DNA from: Selaginella moellendorffii
Taxonomy: Eukaryota; Plantae; Lycopodiophyta
Direction of reading: 5' to 3'
Length of the DNA: 64,000 nucleotides
NCBI RefSeq assembly: GCF_000143415.4
Contig: NW_003314289.1
Location: 215,109 to 279,108 of the forward strand
Shown here: piece by piece, positions 49,101 to 62,244 of the stretch
How positions within the stretch are numbered: the first letter of the stretch is position 1
Layout of the letters: every line of letters begins with the position of its first letter
Program-made: the position numbers and the translations under genes
Notes under the pieces: generated by a model
What the model was told of the DNA's origin: nothing
What the model saw: the letters and a program-made list of their open reading frames with translations, nothing else
Databases searched by the model: none

Positions 49101-52100
49101 TTAAATAGTTAAATCTGAAATTTAATTACTATAATAGAAATAGAGAAATTCTTGTGCACTACCAAAAGGAAATCCAGATAAAATAATAAGTAATATTGTT
49201 AGTATGCTTTAAATATTTTTAGAAGCAACATAATCTAATTAGTAATACATAAGATATCATTTTACCTAGCTAAATGCGAGTGAATCAATAGAACTAAGTA
49301 ATACACATAGGATAAGCTGCAATTCATAATATATAAAACTATTTTGTATCTATATGATAGTATTTTTATTTATAATGTGGTTTATAATCTCTCTTTTCTC
49401 AATGAGCACTAATTTTTAAGATTTTCATCCAAACCTCACTTACCAAGTGCTTGAGCTCCAAAGTATTTAATTTTTTCACTGTCTACCATTTGTGTTCTAA
49501 TGTTATGTATTTACATAAATTATTAATATTCGTATTAATGCTAATATTTTTAGAATTAATAAAGTAGTATTGGACACAAAATATCAATTTTCTTAAAATA
49601 GTATATCTATAATATATAGACAAAAATACTTTAAGTTATACATTTTTTCTTAATCTTTATATTTATAAAAATAAATAAATAGATAGCCTATGTAAGATGA
49701 AGATGGTAAAGTTAAAAATCCAGTGTCAAACTTGAAAAGTAATTTGCTGTGCTAGTAGCAACACTTGGTTTACTTATTTTAATTTTAATTAATAATTAAT
49801 AATTTGTTATTTATTTACCCCCACCAATTTTTTATTTATAAACCCCCACCAATAATTATCTCATTTAATTGTTATTTTTACTTTGGTACAAAAAAAGACA
49901 CTGGTAGATTGGAATTAGTTTTTTTTCTCACCACAATGTTGTCCATATAAGAATGGAGTATGTCAATTTTTCCAGATCATTTAGGCTTTCAAGGGAGAGG
50001 GGAAGTAAACAACACCTTTGCCAGTTGGTAGTGACATAATACAAACTCTTATTAACGTTTTCGCCTGGAGTGACTTTTAGTTAGTTGGTTGAATGCCAGA
50101 CATCTGGATGGAGCGCTCCTGCGGCCACGTAGCCTACATGTGGCGAGCAATTGTTCCATCATCAATGTGGTGATAATTTTAAAAATTCCTTAGAGACCAT
50201 CATGACAAGAAACTACTTGTTTTGGAGGAAACTAGCACATCCTAAAGCTTCACAAAGAAAAACTTCTATAGGGATAATCACCAGGATTCTTACAATGATT
50301 TGGGAGAATTATAGCAATACTTATAGAGAAGAGACTGCAAAGATGTCATAGCCTGATTCTCCAAAGTCAGATGCAATAGAGCAAGACAAGGATCGTGTGT
50401 GCTGCAAAGCCCCTGTCTTTTGACAGCAGAAGTGCTGAATCTGGTGGTGTCAAGTTTTTCGTTCTTGTTTTGATAGTTGGTATCAATTTATACTTTCATT
50501 GACTCAAGTTAAGCTCACTTGAAAACTTTCCCATGAGGCTGTGCTAAGGGAGCTATGAAGCCTTTCATAACTCTGTGAGGCAAAGCATGCCAATGTCAAC
50601 GATTCATTGCATACAAAACAAAGAACAAGTGATTTTTGTTTCTAGAGATCCAAGAAAGAAAAGGTGCCAAGGTGAGAGGAAACAACAAGGAGAATTCCTG
50701 GCTCAATCAATTCTCTTACAATGCAGTTGGATGTGTCAAAGAAAATCCTCCTCTTTTGTTCGTGGATGATCCAGAATAAAAGCAAAGAAAGAGCTCTTAG
50801 GATGATAGTGTGAGATTTGTCAGACATGTTCTGGATTAAGAAGATAGATAATGAAAAAACAATAAGAAAATTTACTATCATGAGGTGGTGAGCCAAGAGA
50901 GGATAAGCTACTTTTCTTAAACTCATCTTTTCTTTGAGCAAGGATTTATATTATGAGAAAAAAATGAAAAGAATAAATATAGAATATTAGACCCAATTTA
51001 CACCAAGTTTAAGAAATTTTATAGATTATAAATATGTTTATAATTGATAGCAAATTATTCTTAATTCTAATTCCTAAGATATATCTGGAATGAGATCTAG
51101 TTAAAAAAATATAATAAAACTTATGTATTTAAGGTTAATAGACAATGTGTTTAGGTGAGCCTTATTAGGCTTGTCAAAAGCAACTAGATATAAAATTAGC
51201 TCGCTGGCAATATAGTATAGTTAGATAGAAATATAAACACATATATTATAGTCACTGTATATAACAATTTTATTTTATAGAGCTATATTATGATTAAATG
51301 ATCAGCCTCAAAGTCTTTTACAAGACCCTCAAAGAATTTAACATTTAATCTGGCAGTAAAGATCAATTACAAAACAGTGTCATTGTGCATAGTAAATGAA
51401 GGTTATAATTACACTAAGAAACTGGAGATATAAGAACATGGCTACATAACCTCCTTGTTTTTGTACATCCAAAGTGATAAAGAATTAAAAAATTAGTAAC
51501 AATTGATTATAGGATTTAGTCTAGATTCCTTCATGAAAATATTGGAGATAGAAAATAGCAGTACCTTAAAGCAACTAATTAAATCTGGTAATCAAATGTT
51601 AACCATGATAATATTATAATTCTAGAAACAATTATTAATCATATAAATTACAGGTCCCAGAGTTTTTGAATTTTATTATATGTTAGAAACAACTAAATAA
51701 TCAAATTGATAAAATTGACTAATACATTATATGTATGTTTATATGTATGTATGCACTATTTCAGATCTTATGAGAAGCATAATATGTCAATTCAAAAACA
51801 TTTATAAGCTATATAATTATAAGTATATACTGAAAGAACCTGAAATTGTATTTGAACCCGAGATCTCAAAATCACTAATTAATTATTTTTAATATATCTT
51901 ATTTTCTCCTCTAAACTAGCAGATTTTTCCAATTTTGCACTAACTACCATTGTATAGCTAGATACTCTAATAAGATAACATTATATTTTTGCTAATATTG
52001 TTATTAGTGCTCAAGATATTAGTTATACTAATATTTCTGGATTGAGCAGGATTGCCACAAACATCATTCTTTTATTTCTTGCATTGATAGTATTTGTATA

Positions 52101-52347
52101 AAAAGTAAGTAAAGAAAAGTATATAGTAGAGTTCCTTACTTTTTTCTTCTTATCGCATGAAACTTTCTTAATATAGGCTTTATGAGCACAACTAAAGCGT
52201 GATCTCGCCAAAATAGGTATTCTTAATTCATTCAGTCCATTGTGTTTGAATTTTTGGTACATGAAAACTGCTTACATTCTGATATAAAATGGCTTGCTCT
52301 AGAACCAGCAGTTTCGAGTTAGCTAGATATATCATAATTCTGTTCCA

Positions 52348-53160
52348 ATGGCTCATACCAATGCTCTAATCTTCCTGGCTTCTTTCATTGCCTTCATTTC
52401 AAGTGTTGCAGTGGCACTAACTCCGTCCCCGTCTCCCACCGCCTCCCCCTCCAGGCACTCCAGTCCCTCCACCCCCTCCAGGAAAAGGATGCTTCCCAGG
52501 TAGGAATTCACATTGTTTTCCTATTTCCAAGCTATTATAGGAGGTGCAACTGTTCAGATGTATAATGGAGAAATTAAGTTCGTGAGGGAGCTTAATGTTG
52601 GAGACAAGGTTTAATACATAAATTTACAAATCTTGTTAGTGGGCAAGAATATCTATTCAGATGTGTTGCATTCGGCCACAATGATGCCAATGCCATCTCC
52701 AAGTTTTCCAAGTGCACAGCGCTTCAAACGTGTTGGAGCTCACTGCAGGCCACTTTGTTCCCGTTGATGTCAATGGAAAGCTCGTGTACAAGAGAGCCGA
52801 GGACCTCAAGGTTGGAGAGTCTCTGTGGGAATCATCCCAAATCACTGGTAAGGAAAGCAAGAACTTGAAAAGCATATATACACTGGTGGATGTTTCTAAC
52901 TACTCTCTGACTTTTCCAGAAATCTCAAAGGTTGAAAAGCTAGGCCTCTACAACCCACTCACACCCTCCGGCAGCATCATGGTGAACAATGTTCTACACA
53001 GTGACTGACTCCATACGCATACCAGGCCGTGAGTTCCCGCCATCTACAAGATCGTCGGCAAGGAAATCTACGCAAAGGACTATGCTTTCACCAACATTGC
53101 CGAATTTGGAACGAAGAATGGAGGTAGCTTTGGAATTACTGGTCTTGTGCTGAGGTGTAA
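52348..53160 (+). pseudogene. Hedgehog-type Hint (Hog) domain gene with signal peptide and Pro-rich linker; frameshifted
   Basis: Hydrophobic N-terminus; G|CFPGGATVQMYNGEIKFVRELNVGDK across intron 52500-52540; YSDV.AFGH; LELTAGH; RAEDLKVGE; intron 52848-52919; GLYNPLTPSGSIMVNNV. Confidence 0.82.
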
Positions 53161-53185
53161 ACAAAGAGGAATCTATACGATTAAT

Positions 53186-53257
53186 GGGGCATTCCGAGAA
53201 TCGAACTCGGGACCTCTCGCACCCGAAGCGAGAATCATACCACTAGACCAAATGCCC
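53186..53257 (-). tRNA. tRNA-Pro(CGG)
   Basis: GGGCATT...AATGCCC-C acceptor stem, anticodon arm CTCGC-TTCGGGT-GCGAG, B-box AGTTCGATTCT. Confidence 0.95.
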
Positions 53258-56200
53258 TTTTTTATTGCTAACAAAATTAAGACATTAAAGTCAGCATCAT
53301 TTTACGGAAATGCCCTAAAGGGCGATTTTAGGGCTCTTGCGCAGCTCGTTTTTTCGCTTTCCTCTCGAGCCAGTTAGAAACTCGAGAAAGAGAGATTCTC
53401 TTTCTCTCTTTTCTTTGCTTCGCAGTGATTGTAGCTGTGTAGATAGTTTTTTTTCCATGCCCCAGGGTGATGCTGCGATGGAACAATGGAAGGAGGATTC
53501 CATCAGACGAGAGTGATCACAACGCCGCCGCCGGTACCACCGGCAACAAAGAACCGAGTATAAAAAACGCTCGCGAGAGAGCAATCGATGAGAGATCCAA
53601 AGGTATAGCAGATGAAATGTTTCGTTTCAACAGAATTGGGACTGGCTTTAGCATTGCAGCATTGGAGATCGAGGTTCCAAGGTCCCCAGCTCCTCCGTTT
53701 ATACAGAAGAAGAGCTTTACAAAACTTGGTTTTTGCTAGAGAGAGCTACGTGGGGAAGTACTTACCGTCCCTCACGCTGCATATGGAGGAATGGGAATGA
53801 GCTCTCAGCTCTCGAGAGTTGCCCGGCTTGACACATCCAAGAACACAGGCACGAAAAGCTACGCTTTGATAATTTTTTCTCCCTCGTAGACTTTCGGCCT
53901 TGCAGGTGCACAGCACACAGAAGTTGCTACGTTCAAGAGCTGGCGCTGGAGAAGCTGTCAACCTTATTGTTAGTGCTTCCAGATGCTAAGGTTTCAATCT
54001 TCATACTGTTTCTTCGCAGGATTATATTACTCTCCCGCTTCTGCAATCGCTAATGCACGTTGCTGTTACATGCTAACAGCTTTCTTTTAAAACTATCTTT
54101 GTGAAGAATTTTTTTTTTTTGCAACTGAAATTTATCTTTGAAAATTTTAAATACTTTATGGCTTCAAAATAATGCAAATTTCATAGACGACACAACAACC
54201 CAGTGTGACAACATATGGCACTAGACGCAATTCAAGCATCATCACCGAAAGAAGTCATAATCCAAGGTGCACAACCAAACCACTACCAAGAATCAAAGGA
54301 GGGAGTGAGAGAGGGCTCATTCATAGGGATTGTCACGTAGCCAGACCAGGCAATATTGATTTTGAAGTTTATCTAACCCAAGCGATCTTGACATGAGCAT
54401 ATGCATACAAGTCTAAAGCAAACCTGAACACGCCCAAGAGAAGAACTCTATATGATCCCTGAGCAAGTTGGTACGATCAGATTAATATACCAAATTCTTG
54501 CAAGCAGGAAACCAGCAGCAGCAGCAGCAGCATCAGTCAGGCGCATGAGTGCTACTCACAGAGCCATTCTTTTCCTAATCTCTAAATGTTTAACATTGCC
54601 GAGAATGTTAGGCAGAATGGATAGAATGTTATGATAGATTAATGCGTAGATACTCCATGATCATATGCGTCCCACTCTTGGGGCCTGAACTCTGCTGCGC
54701 TCCCAGATTGTATTTCTTAATAATATGAATATTATTTGCAGGAATATTGCCAATCAGCCCATACAAGACAAGCGTTTTAGCAATTGATTAGCATGGCATG
54801 TCTACACAGTACGAGCACCATGTGTAGGCAGCCACTTCTTTACAATATTTCTGGGCTTGGAGTACATGTATATTGGAACCCAGCCTAGAATGTTTGGGCG
54901 TCTCTAGGCCCGTGCAGGTGATGCAGCAGCGGCATTGTGGGATGTGACGCCAGTAGCTTACATAAACATGGAATGGAAGATTTCCCGGAACAAAAGTTTA
55001 GTAGTAGGGTTCTTAGCATTCCTTCCGTCCCTTCCTAGGAATTTGAGGCACCCTCGATTTGCATGAAGGGAAAAAAAAGGATCCTGATGAGGAACATAAG
55101 TGCTTCGTAGGGTCTGTCGACAAACGAGGGCGTTTTTATTCCTGCACTTCTTGGGTGAGTGTTGAACAAGCTTGCAGCTTAGATTAGGGTTGGGATCAAG
55201 ACCAGACATAATAATGCGGCACCACCCTCCTCGAATTGCAGACCAAATCATGAGAGCCTACCACCCGCCATAGTTATTTGTAACCAAGGAATACGTACAT
55301 TCTGCGCTTGCCAGCCATTTATAAAGGTCCCATTTGCCCTTATATTACTAATAATAAAGATTGTAAATTTTGCCACCTTTTCTAAATTAGATGGAATTAA
55401 AAGAAAAAACGTAGTCTGTCCTGAGGCTCTTGAACATCAGCCTGAGCAGCAGAGATTTTGGGAATGGTGTCTTGAATTTTATACGATTTTACAGTTTTTA
55501 TGGGTTTTTTTTTTTTTTTTTTTCCAAACAAGAGTAGCATCTGAGCAGAATTGCAGCAACAGCCACAGCCGCAGAACCAGAGGGAGGATAGGAGAGATCT
55601 AGAAATGTGAGATCAATTCATTTCTAGATTATGTACTGGGCCTTGATCAGAGTGTATGTGTACCATGAAATCCTCCACAAATCTCTTTGCACTCTCGGTT
55701 TCTTGAATCCAACTCTCATGCTCACCCACATTGCCTGTTTCGAAGAAGAGAAACAAAAACCAATGAAGAACAGTGTGCTGGTATCTTCTGGACATCTAAA
55801 ACGTGAAAGAAATTTTCCTCCCTATCTTTGGGGGAGAAAGCCTCGATTCATAAACGGATCGATAGATTCAGCAGCTAGAACTATGGAAAGTTTCGGCTTA
55901 TCCAAAGACGACAAGAACGAACTTCTTAGCTTTTGTCCAAAGATCTTTCTTTTGATCCAGCAAAAGCTACCTGAAATTTTCTTCTAAGCTTTTTTCCGCC
56001 CGAGAGTCGCAACTTCCGTACGAGACAAAGTGTGACAAAGTTGCAAGAGAAGTCGTGTACAAAAGCAATATGTTCATTACAAATCAAATGGAGGAAAAAG
56101 AAAGAACATCAAAGAGAGGGAGGAAAGAACGAAAGAATTACCACTTTTGTTGCTACTTTGCTTGGATCGCTTGTGACTTTGATCGGGAGTGCTCTTAAAA

Positions 56201-56830
56201 CTCCTCCGTTTTGTGCGATTCCACCGCCATTTTTTTCGTTTTTCTTTTTACTCCTGTAAAACTACCGCGTTCGTATCTGCTGCGCTACCTACGGTGGGCA
56301 AGGATGAAAATCGAGGCACGAGTCTGCGACCTGGAACATAGGATAAACCCTGTCAGAAACTCTAAAATCCCTGGAACTGGAATTTCTCACCATATGGAAA
56401 TCGGAGTCCCTGGAAGCAGCAGCGGCTGGCTGTTAAGAAGTCGCACGTCGCGTTCGTTATATCGATCGTCGGTCGTAGTGTATGAGCTGTGAGAGTGTGC
56501 GTTGGTTGTCTTGTTGTTCTTGTTGTAAGTGTATAAGTAAAAGGGATCCGGATCCTCTCGATGATCGCTCGCGGGAAAAAAAACTTCGCGCGGTACTTAT
56601 AAAATCGTCGACGTCGTCTCGCGGTGTGGATGATGATGATGATGACTCAATGAGTGTGGCGTTGGATCTTATGGCCCCTGCTGCTAGCTGGAGAGGAAAA
56701 AGAATTCTCGAGACTTCGTAAGGGCGGAGCGGAGGAACTTCTTCTTGTACTAGTGATGTCGTAAATTTGTTGATCGATGGAACTTCTAAGATGTGTGTGT
56801 TGTGTGTGAGTGTGTGTGTGTCGTCGACTT

Positions 56831-58297
56831 TCACGTTAGAGATGTGCAGCGAGGAGGAGCTCTGGAGTAGAAGTCTGGCACGCCTTGCTCCACAGGCTTG
56901 ACGTCGCAGTACTGCTGATGATCGACATAGATGGGAAGGTCGACTATCCCCGGCCAGCCTGTAGAACTGTTCCAGTATGCAGTGCTATCCCCCGTTCCCC
57001 CACCTCCTCCTCCGCCGCCGCCACCACCACCTCCGCCGCTTCCTCCTGTTCCCCCTCCCGCCGCCGCCTCCAGAAACGATGACTCCTGCTGCTGCTGCTG
57101 CTGGCCCTGCCACTCCGAAGACGAATGCTGCGAGTCGTGAATCCGATCCTGGGACTTTCCTTTCGGGGGCCGGTCGGAGGATGAGCCGTGATCCGCGGCG
57201 GCCAAGTGGCCCAGCAAGCTCTGGTGGAGATGGTGGTGGTGGTGAATTCCAATCCCAATTCCATCCTGCTGCTGCTGCTGCTGCTGCTCCGGGCCTTCCA
57301 GAGCCGTCATCTTCTGCTGCTGCTGTTGCTGTTGCTGCTGTCTCCACGACTTTAGATCCCCGTTGAGTCCCAGTCCCACGAAATTGTCCAGCCCGATGCT
57401 GAACCCGCTCGGCCCCAGCCCGGTGTCGCTCAGCTGCGGCGGCGCCGCGGGCACGCCAGCTCCGCCCAGCAAGTTTAAAGACGGCTCGTAGATGGGCGCG
57501 AACTCCCCGCCGTTCTCGTGCTTCATGAGCCCCTGGAAGTTGAGCGTGGCGGTGGACAGGCCGTGCTCGGCCCCGGCCTCGAAAGCTCCCGCGGGGAGAT
57601 TGATGAACGAGGGCGCCTGGTGCCCGCCACCGCCTGGAACTCGCGGAATTTCGAAAGACAGCCCGCTGCTGCCCGAGTGATCGCCCAGTCGCAGGCTGTG
57701 CGGGATCCTCGAGTAGGCCAGCTCGTGAATTCCGTCCTCGTACAGGCTAGACGTGGAAGCGGCCAGCAGCTGCCCGTGTCGCCCAGCCAGGGAGTGATCG
57801 CCACCACCGCCAAAGGAGGCCTTCTCTACTGCCGGGACAGTGGACGACTGATCCGACGACGAGCTCTTGTTCTGCTTGGCCCTCTTGTTCTTCCTGCAGC
57901 CCCCACCAATTGGCACGTTGCGGAGCGCGCCACCTTTGGTCCAGTAGCGCCGGCAGTTCTTGCAGAAGTGGCGCGGCTGCGTGAGGCTGTAATTGTTGTA
58001 GTAGCAAAACTTGGTGTTGAGAGAATTGCAGCGCGGGCACTTGAGTACCTGGTTTGGCTGTGGCTTGATCCGGAGAGCCCGAGTGGGAGCCGAGGACTGA
58101 TCGCCGCCACCGCCACCGCCACCGCCACCCGACGAGGATTTGAGGCCATGCTCCACCTGCATGGAGCAATTGGGCAGGGGCCCAGCGGCGGAATTGGACG
58201 ATGGCAGCATTAGTTCTCCGCCTTGCGAGCTGAGAGCCGAGGACTCTTCGAAACAATCGCCCGGCAGCGGCTCATGGTTGTAGCTGCTTAGCAGCAT
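56831..58297 (-). CDS. Dof zinc-finger transcription factor (an upstream exon may splice to the acceptor at about 58336)
   Basis: [50 protein letters not shown]; poly-Q, poly-G and poly-H tracts. Confidence 0.95.
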   Translation of the reverse strand: MLLSSYNHEPLPGDCFEESSALSSQGGELMLPSSNSAAGPLPNCSMQVEHGLKSSSGGGGGGGGGDQSSAPTRALRIKPQPNQVLKCPRCNSLNTKFCYYNNYSLTQPRHFCKNCRRYWTKGGALRNVPIGGGCRKNKRAKQNKSSSSDQSSTVPAVEKASFGGGGDHSLAGRHGQLLAASTSSLYEDGIHELAYSRIPHSLRLGDHSGSSGLSFEIPRVPGGGGHQAPSFINLPAGAFEAGAEHGLSTATLNFQGLMKHENGGEFAPIYEPSLNLLGGAGVPAAPPQLSDTGLGPSGFSIGLDNFVGLGLNGDLKSWRQQQQQQQQQKMTALEGPEQQQQQQQDGIGIGIHHHHHLHQSLLGHLAAADHGSSSDRPPKGKSQDRIHDSQHSSSEWQGQQQQQQESSFLEAAAGGGTGGSGGGGGGGGGGGGGGTGDSTAYWNSSTGWPGIVDLPIYVDHQQYCDVKPVEQGVPDFYSRAPPRCTSLT

Positions 58298-61200
58298 GAC
58301 CCGCTGCTGCTTGGAACGCTCACCAACATGCAAACCTGGAGAGAAGGAAAGCAAGAGCACACCAAATTCTTCAGTACACACACAAGTCTAGAGAGTGCTC
58401 GAATTCAGCAAAAGAAAAGAAAAAATCCCTCCACTATTTTTTGCTTTGTTTTTCCCTCTCTCGCTCTCTCGAAGAAACTGCAAGCACTAGGAACTGTTGG
58501 ATCACGATGTTCTACCTCAAAGGCTCGCTGTAGACTGTTTGTCTCGCTCCCGGCGCGGGTATCAGTCTTCTTCGCTACGAATAACGAGAAAAATCTGCAC
58601 AGATCTGGATCCAGTAAGCAAACAGCAAGGAACAAAAGCGTTACTCAGGCTCTCAACAACTTAGCCGCATTTTCATGAAACTCCTCGCAAGCAAGGCCGT
58701 GGAGAGAGGCCACAGATGGAAAGAATTCACAGGCTAGAATGAGAAACAGATGGAAGGAAGAATTCCAGACGCCAAGAAACACCAGGAACACACACACCAT
58801 GAGATCGTCGCGAGAAAACTTGGTGACACGAAAATTCTCACGCACGCTTCACAGTACCTATATCTTTCGCATTTTCCGGGGCCTTTGGAGGCGATCTTGC
58901 GCAAGGAGAATTGGAAGCGACCGGCAGGAAGAAGAATTGGAAATTTCGCGAGGAGAGAAAGAAAGGAGAGAGCGTCGCGCGTGCGTGTGGAGCAATGTGC
59001 TGCGAGAGCGAGTACACACTCGTGCCGCGCTGCGCTGCGCCGCGGTGTGTGAAAGAGAGCAAGAAACACAGAATATCTGGCAAGGGATGAATGGCGAGGA
59101 GGAAACACGAGCCGGAGAGAAGCCACGCCAATTGCGCACAGGGAAGAATCGCCTCAGCGCCGGAGAGATGAGCGCTTGCCCGATGCCGCCCCGCCGATCG
59201 AAATTTCGCTCCAAGATCTGGAAATCCTGCACCGATCGCAGCAAAGAACGCTCTCTCAATCCACCGATCGCTCACGGACTGCGAGAACGGAGATATTTCG
59301 AGCGATTGGCACGAGATTTCGAGCGACTGATCCAGGAGGGAGAGAGCTAGGCTATGGCGCCGCGCGAGCAAGAAAGAGAAGAAGGGAAGCGCTCCCTATA
59401 TAGGTAGAAGACGCGCTCGCGAGCGCTCTCGAATATACACGTTTTTAAACCCTAAGGTAGTGTGGAGAGAATAAAACATGCGGCGTCTCGCAATGCAGGG
59501 ATCCCTCCACCAGTGATTAACTGGGTGGTTAAGGTAAACATGCACTAAAACAACCATGGCGGTTAGCCTTAACCCGGCACAGAATCTTCTACTGTACGGC
59601 TCTGGACGCCGCGGAGAGAATGATCCCGTAGAGATTCGCCTCGCTCTTCAATGTATACTGTTAATTCCTGCATTGTTAGATTGAGCAAATCTAGTCCAAT
59701 CCAACCCCGTTGTTAACAATGGTTTTTTTTTAGGCCCGTACGGGTATCCTGCATGGACGAGTACGGTATAGCATTGGGCGCGAACCTAAAATCCACCTCT
59801 TTTGCATCTCTCTTTTGCATGGATGGATGATGAACGAGGCCAAACGTGAAAGAGGCTTTTGAAAGACCATTGCATGCACAAAAGATTTTAGGGCCAATCT
59901 TGAGAAGTTAGCTATATATGTTTGGGTGGATCATTGTCTCCTGTTATTTGCTTTTGAGGAGGGTGTGATCGATCAATCGAGATATATAGTTTTTTTTTCC
60001 TCCTCGTCTTCTCTTTTCGCGCTTTCTCTCTTCTTCCATAGATCTCTAAAGGTGTTGTTCCTTCCAACTCCTTGTTGCACTTATATGCTTTTGTGATCTT
60101 TTGAAGATAACATGACAAACACCCACTTTATAACAAGAGGGGGCAAACTAAAGGTGGCATGCCGCAAAACAACAACGGTTTACAGAGACTCGCCACCTTT
60201 TCGTGTCTGAATTCCCTAAAGATCGCGTGCTTAGGCACCACAAAGGTGGCGTAAATGTCCACCACCAAACGTAGACAAATGACAATGTAGAGGTTTTAGG
60301 GTTCTTTGAATTTTACGGGGGAGGGGAGATATTGCGTGAGGTTTTACGTGGGGCTTTTACTGCCTTCACGAGCGGTCCGACGGCCGTCCACGTGGGACCC
60401 CTAAGCCAGCGGCACCGTCGGATTGGTGTCATTTACTAGATCGCGATGACGAACGTTGACGGGCGCGCCATCGGTGGGTGGCCCGTCACGGGACCTTCCG
60501 GGCGCTTGAAGCCCTCCCCACGTGGCCCGTCACGTCCGGGTAAATATGAAAGGGTAAAAACGTCATCAACCCAGACCAAATTTTCATACCGAGGCATGAT
60601 TGGACCGTTGGAGGGACATGTGGGCACCCCCTCCAAATTTCCTCACTAAGTTTCCCCAAAAATTTAAATTTCTGGTTTTCAAAAATGTTTTGGCGCGAGG
60701 CACGAGGCTGGCGTGGCCTGTATGTCGCACTCACGGTCGCCCGCACGGTATATCGCGCGGTCGGTGGCCCGAGACCGTAGTGCCGCAAAACCGCGCTGGC
60801 GACCTCGTCGCGTCCCGCGCGGTTCTGGCCAGCGTGGCGGGCCCCACGCCTTGCCTGCCACTGCAGCGTGTCCGCGCACTCGAGGGCGCGGGTCCCACTC
60901 GTAGAGCATTGGCTTGTTGCCACGTGTCCTCGTGCAAGGACTGGGAAGAGGGCGTCATGATGGCGTTGCCTGGGCATCTGCCTGATTTTGGACCCTCCTG
61001 TCTGCCACCTCAGCCAGTCCGTACTTATCCCCGTGGACATATGTACGGGACCCATTTGCTTGGTCGTGGCCACCAATTTTCTATCCATATACATTGTTTA
61101 TTATGCATGTGTATTGTTTTTTCGTGATTTCTCATTGGTTGATGTTTTTGATAATCATATCCATGGCCCCTGACATTGGAATTGCGAGGTCGCGATTTGA

Positions 61201-62221
61201 AACTATTTCTTTTTCCCGCGATTTTGATCTGTTAATGTTGGGGGAGGGACACACCAACCTGGCACCGCCACTGATAATTTCTTTGCATATCCAAGAAAGA
61301 TTCCTCGCGGCCGTACGTTCCGCCCGGGTGTGGCCCATCCACGGCTGCCCGGCTGTGTCAATTCCAGCCGGGAACGAACCAGCGTAGGGAGAATAAGCGT
61401 GCTTGATGTGTGGGGTTGTGCGGTTGAGATATTGTATAGAAATTTTATTTATTTTTATCTGAATATGGAACAAAATACTAATAATTAGGGAAATAGTTTA
61501 AAGATCTCTCTAGAACTCATGAAATTGTTATGAAATTTCTTGCCAGGGAGTGAGAGAGAGTGAGGGAGAGAGAGGGAGTGCCGGGTAGGTTCAACCGCAA
61601 GCTTGCTCTGTCTAGATTCCCCATCCACTGAGAGGCCACCATGTTTGCCCAAGGGAGAATATATATGGATTTTATATTTGTTGTGTATTGCCGCGAATGG
61701 GACGCACCATCTCTGGGAGATGAGAGACTTGGGCAGCAAGGAAGGATCGGATCGCCCGGCGCTGGGTCCCGGTACTTGCTTGCTTCACATGGTTGACCAT
61801 TGTTCAAACTATATCTCTGGGAAAGATGCCCGGTATATTCTTCCCATTTGGAAGAATCGGTGAGACGTTCGAATCCGGTGGGCACCTTGTGCCTCGTTTC
61901 TGCTTGCCTGGCTGGCTTGGGACCACTATGACACACAATCTCATGCTTTTGTTGCCTGTAGATGCCCGGGAATATCCCCAGTAAGTCCATGGTGGGGGTC
62001 TTAGGACCAAAAGGAGGAGGAGGAAGTTTGGAGCAGAGACACAAATAACAAACAGCAACAGACAAAGTCTCGCCAATTATTAATTCTAACCATGGTTTTA
62101 TTGTTGATGTCCAGGAATCAAAATATTTATAAGAAAAATATCCATCCAGCAGCCATCCACATCCTTTAACATAGCAATCGCCAACTAACCATAGCCAGAG
62201 CTGGCAGATGCATACATGTAT

Positions 62222-62244
62222 ACACGCACACACACACACACACA
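62222..62244. repeat. (CA)n microsatellite
   Basis: ACACGCACACACACACACACACA. Confidence 0.8.

Noticed and set aside
50000-50960. Slightly GC-richer block with short ORFs
   Set aside because: No recognisable protein or TE motif.
52712-53008. Classical self-splicing intein
   Set aside because: No C-terminal HN-[CST] motif and no interrupted host protein; the architecture is Hedgehog-like.
53440-54050. Possible small spliced gene after tRNA-Pro
   Set aside because: Splice-like signals are present, but I could not build a consistent frame or recognise a domain.
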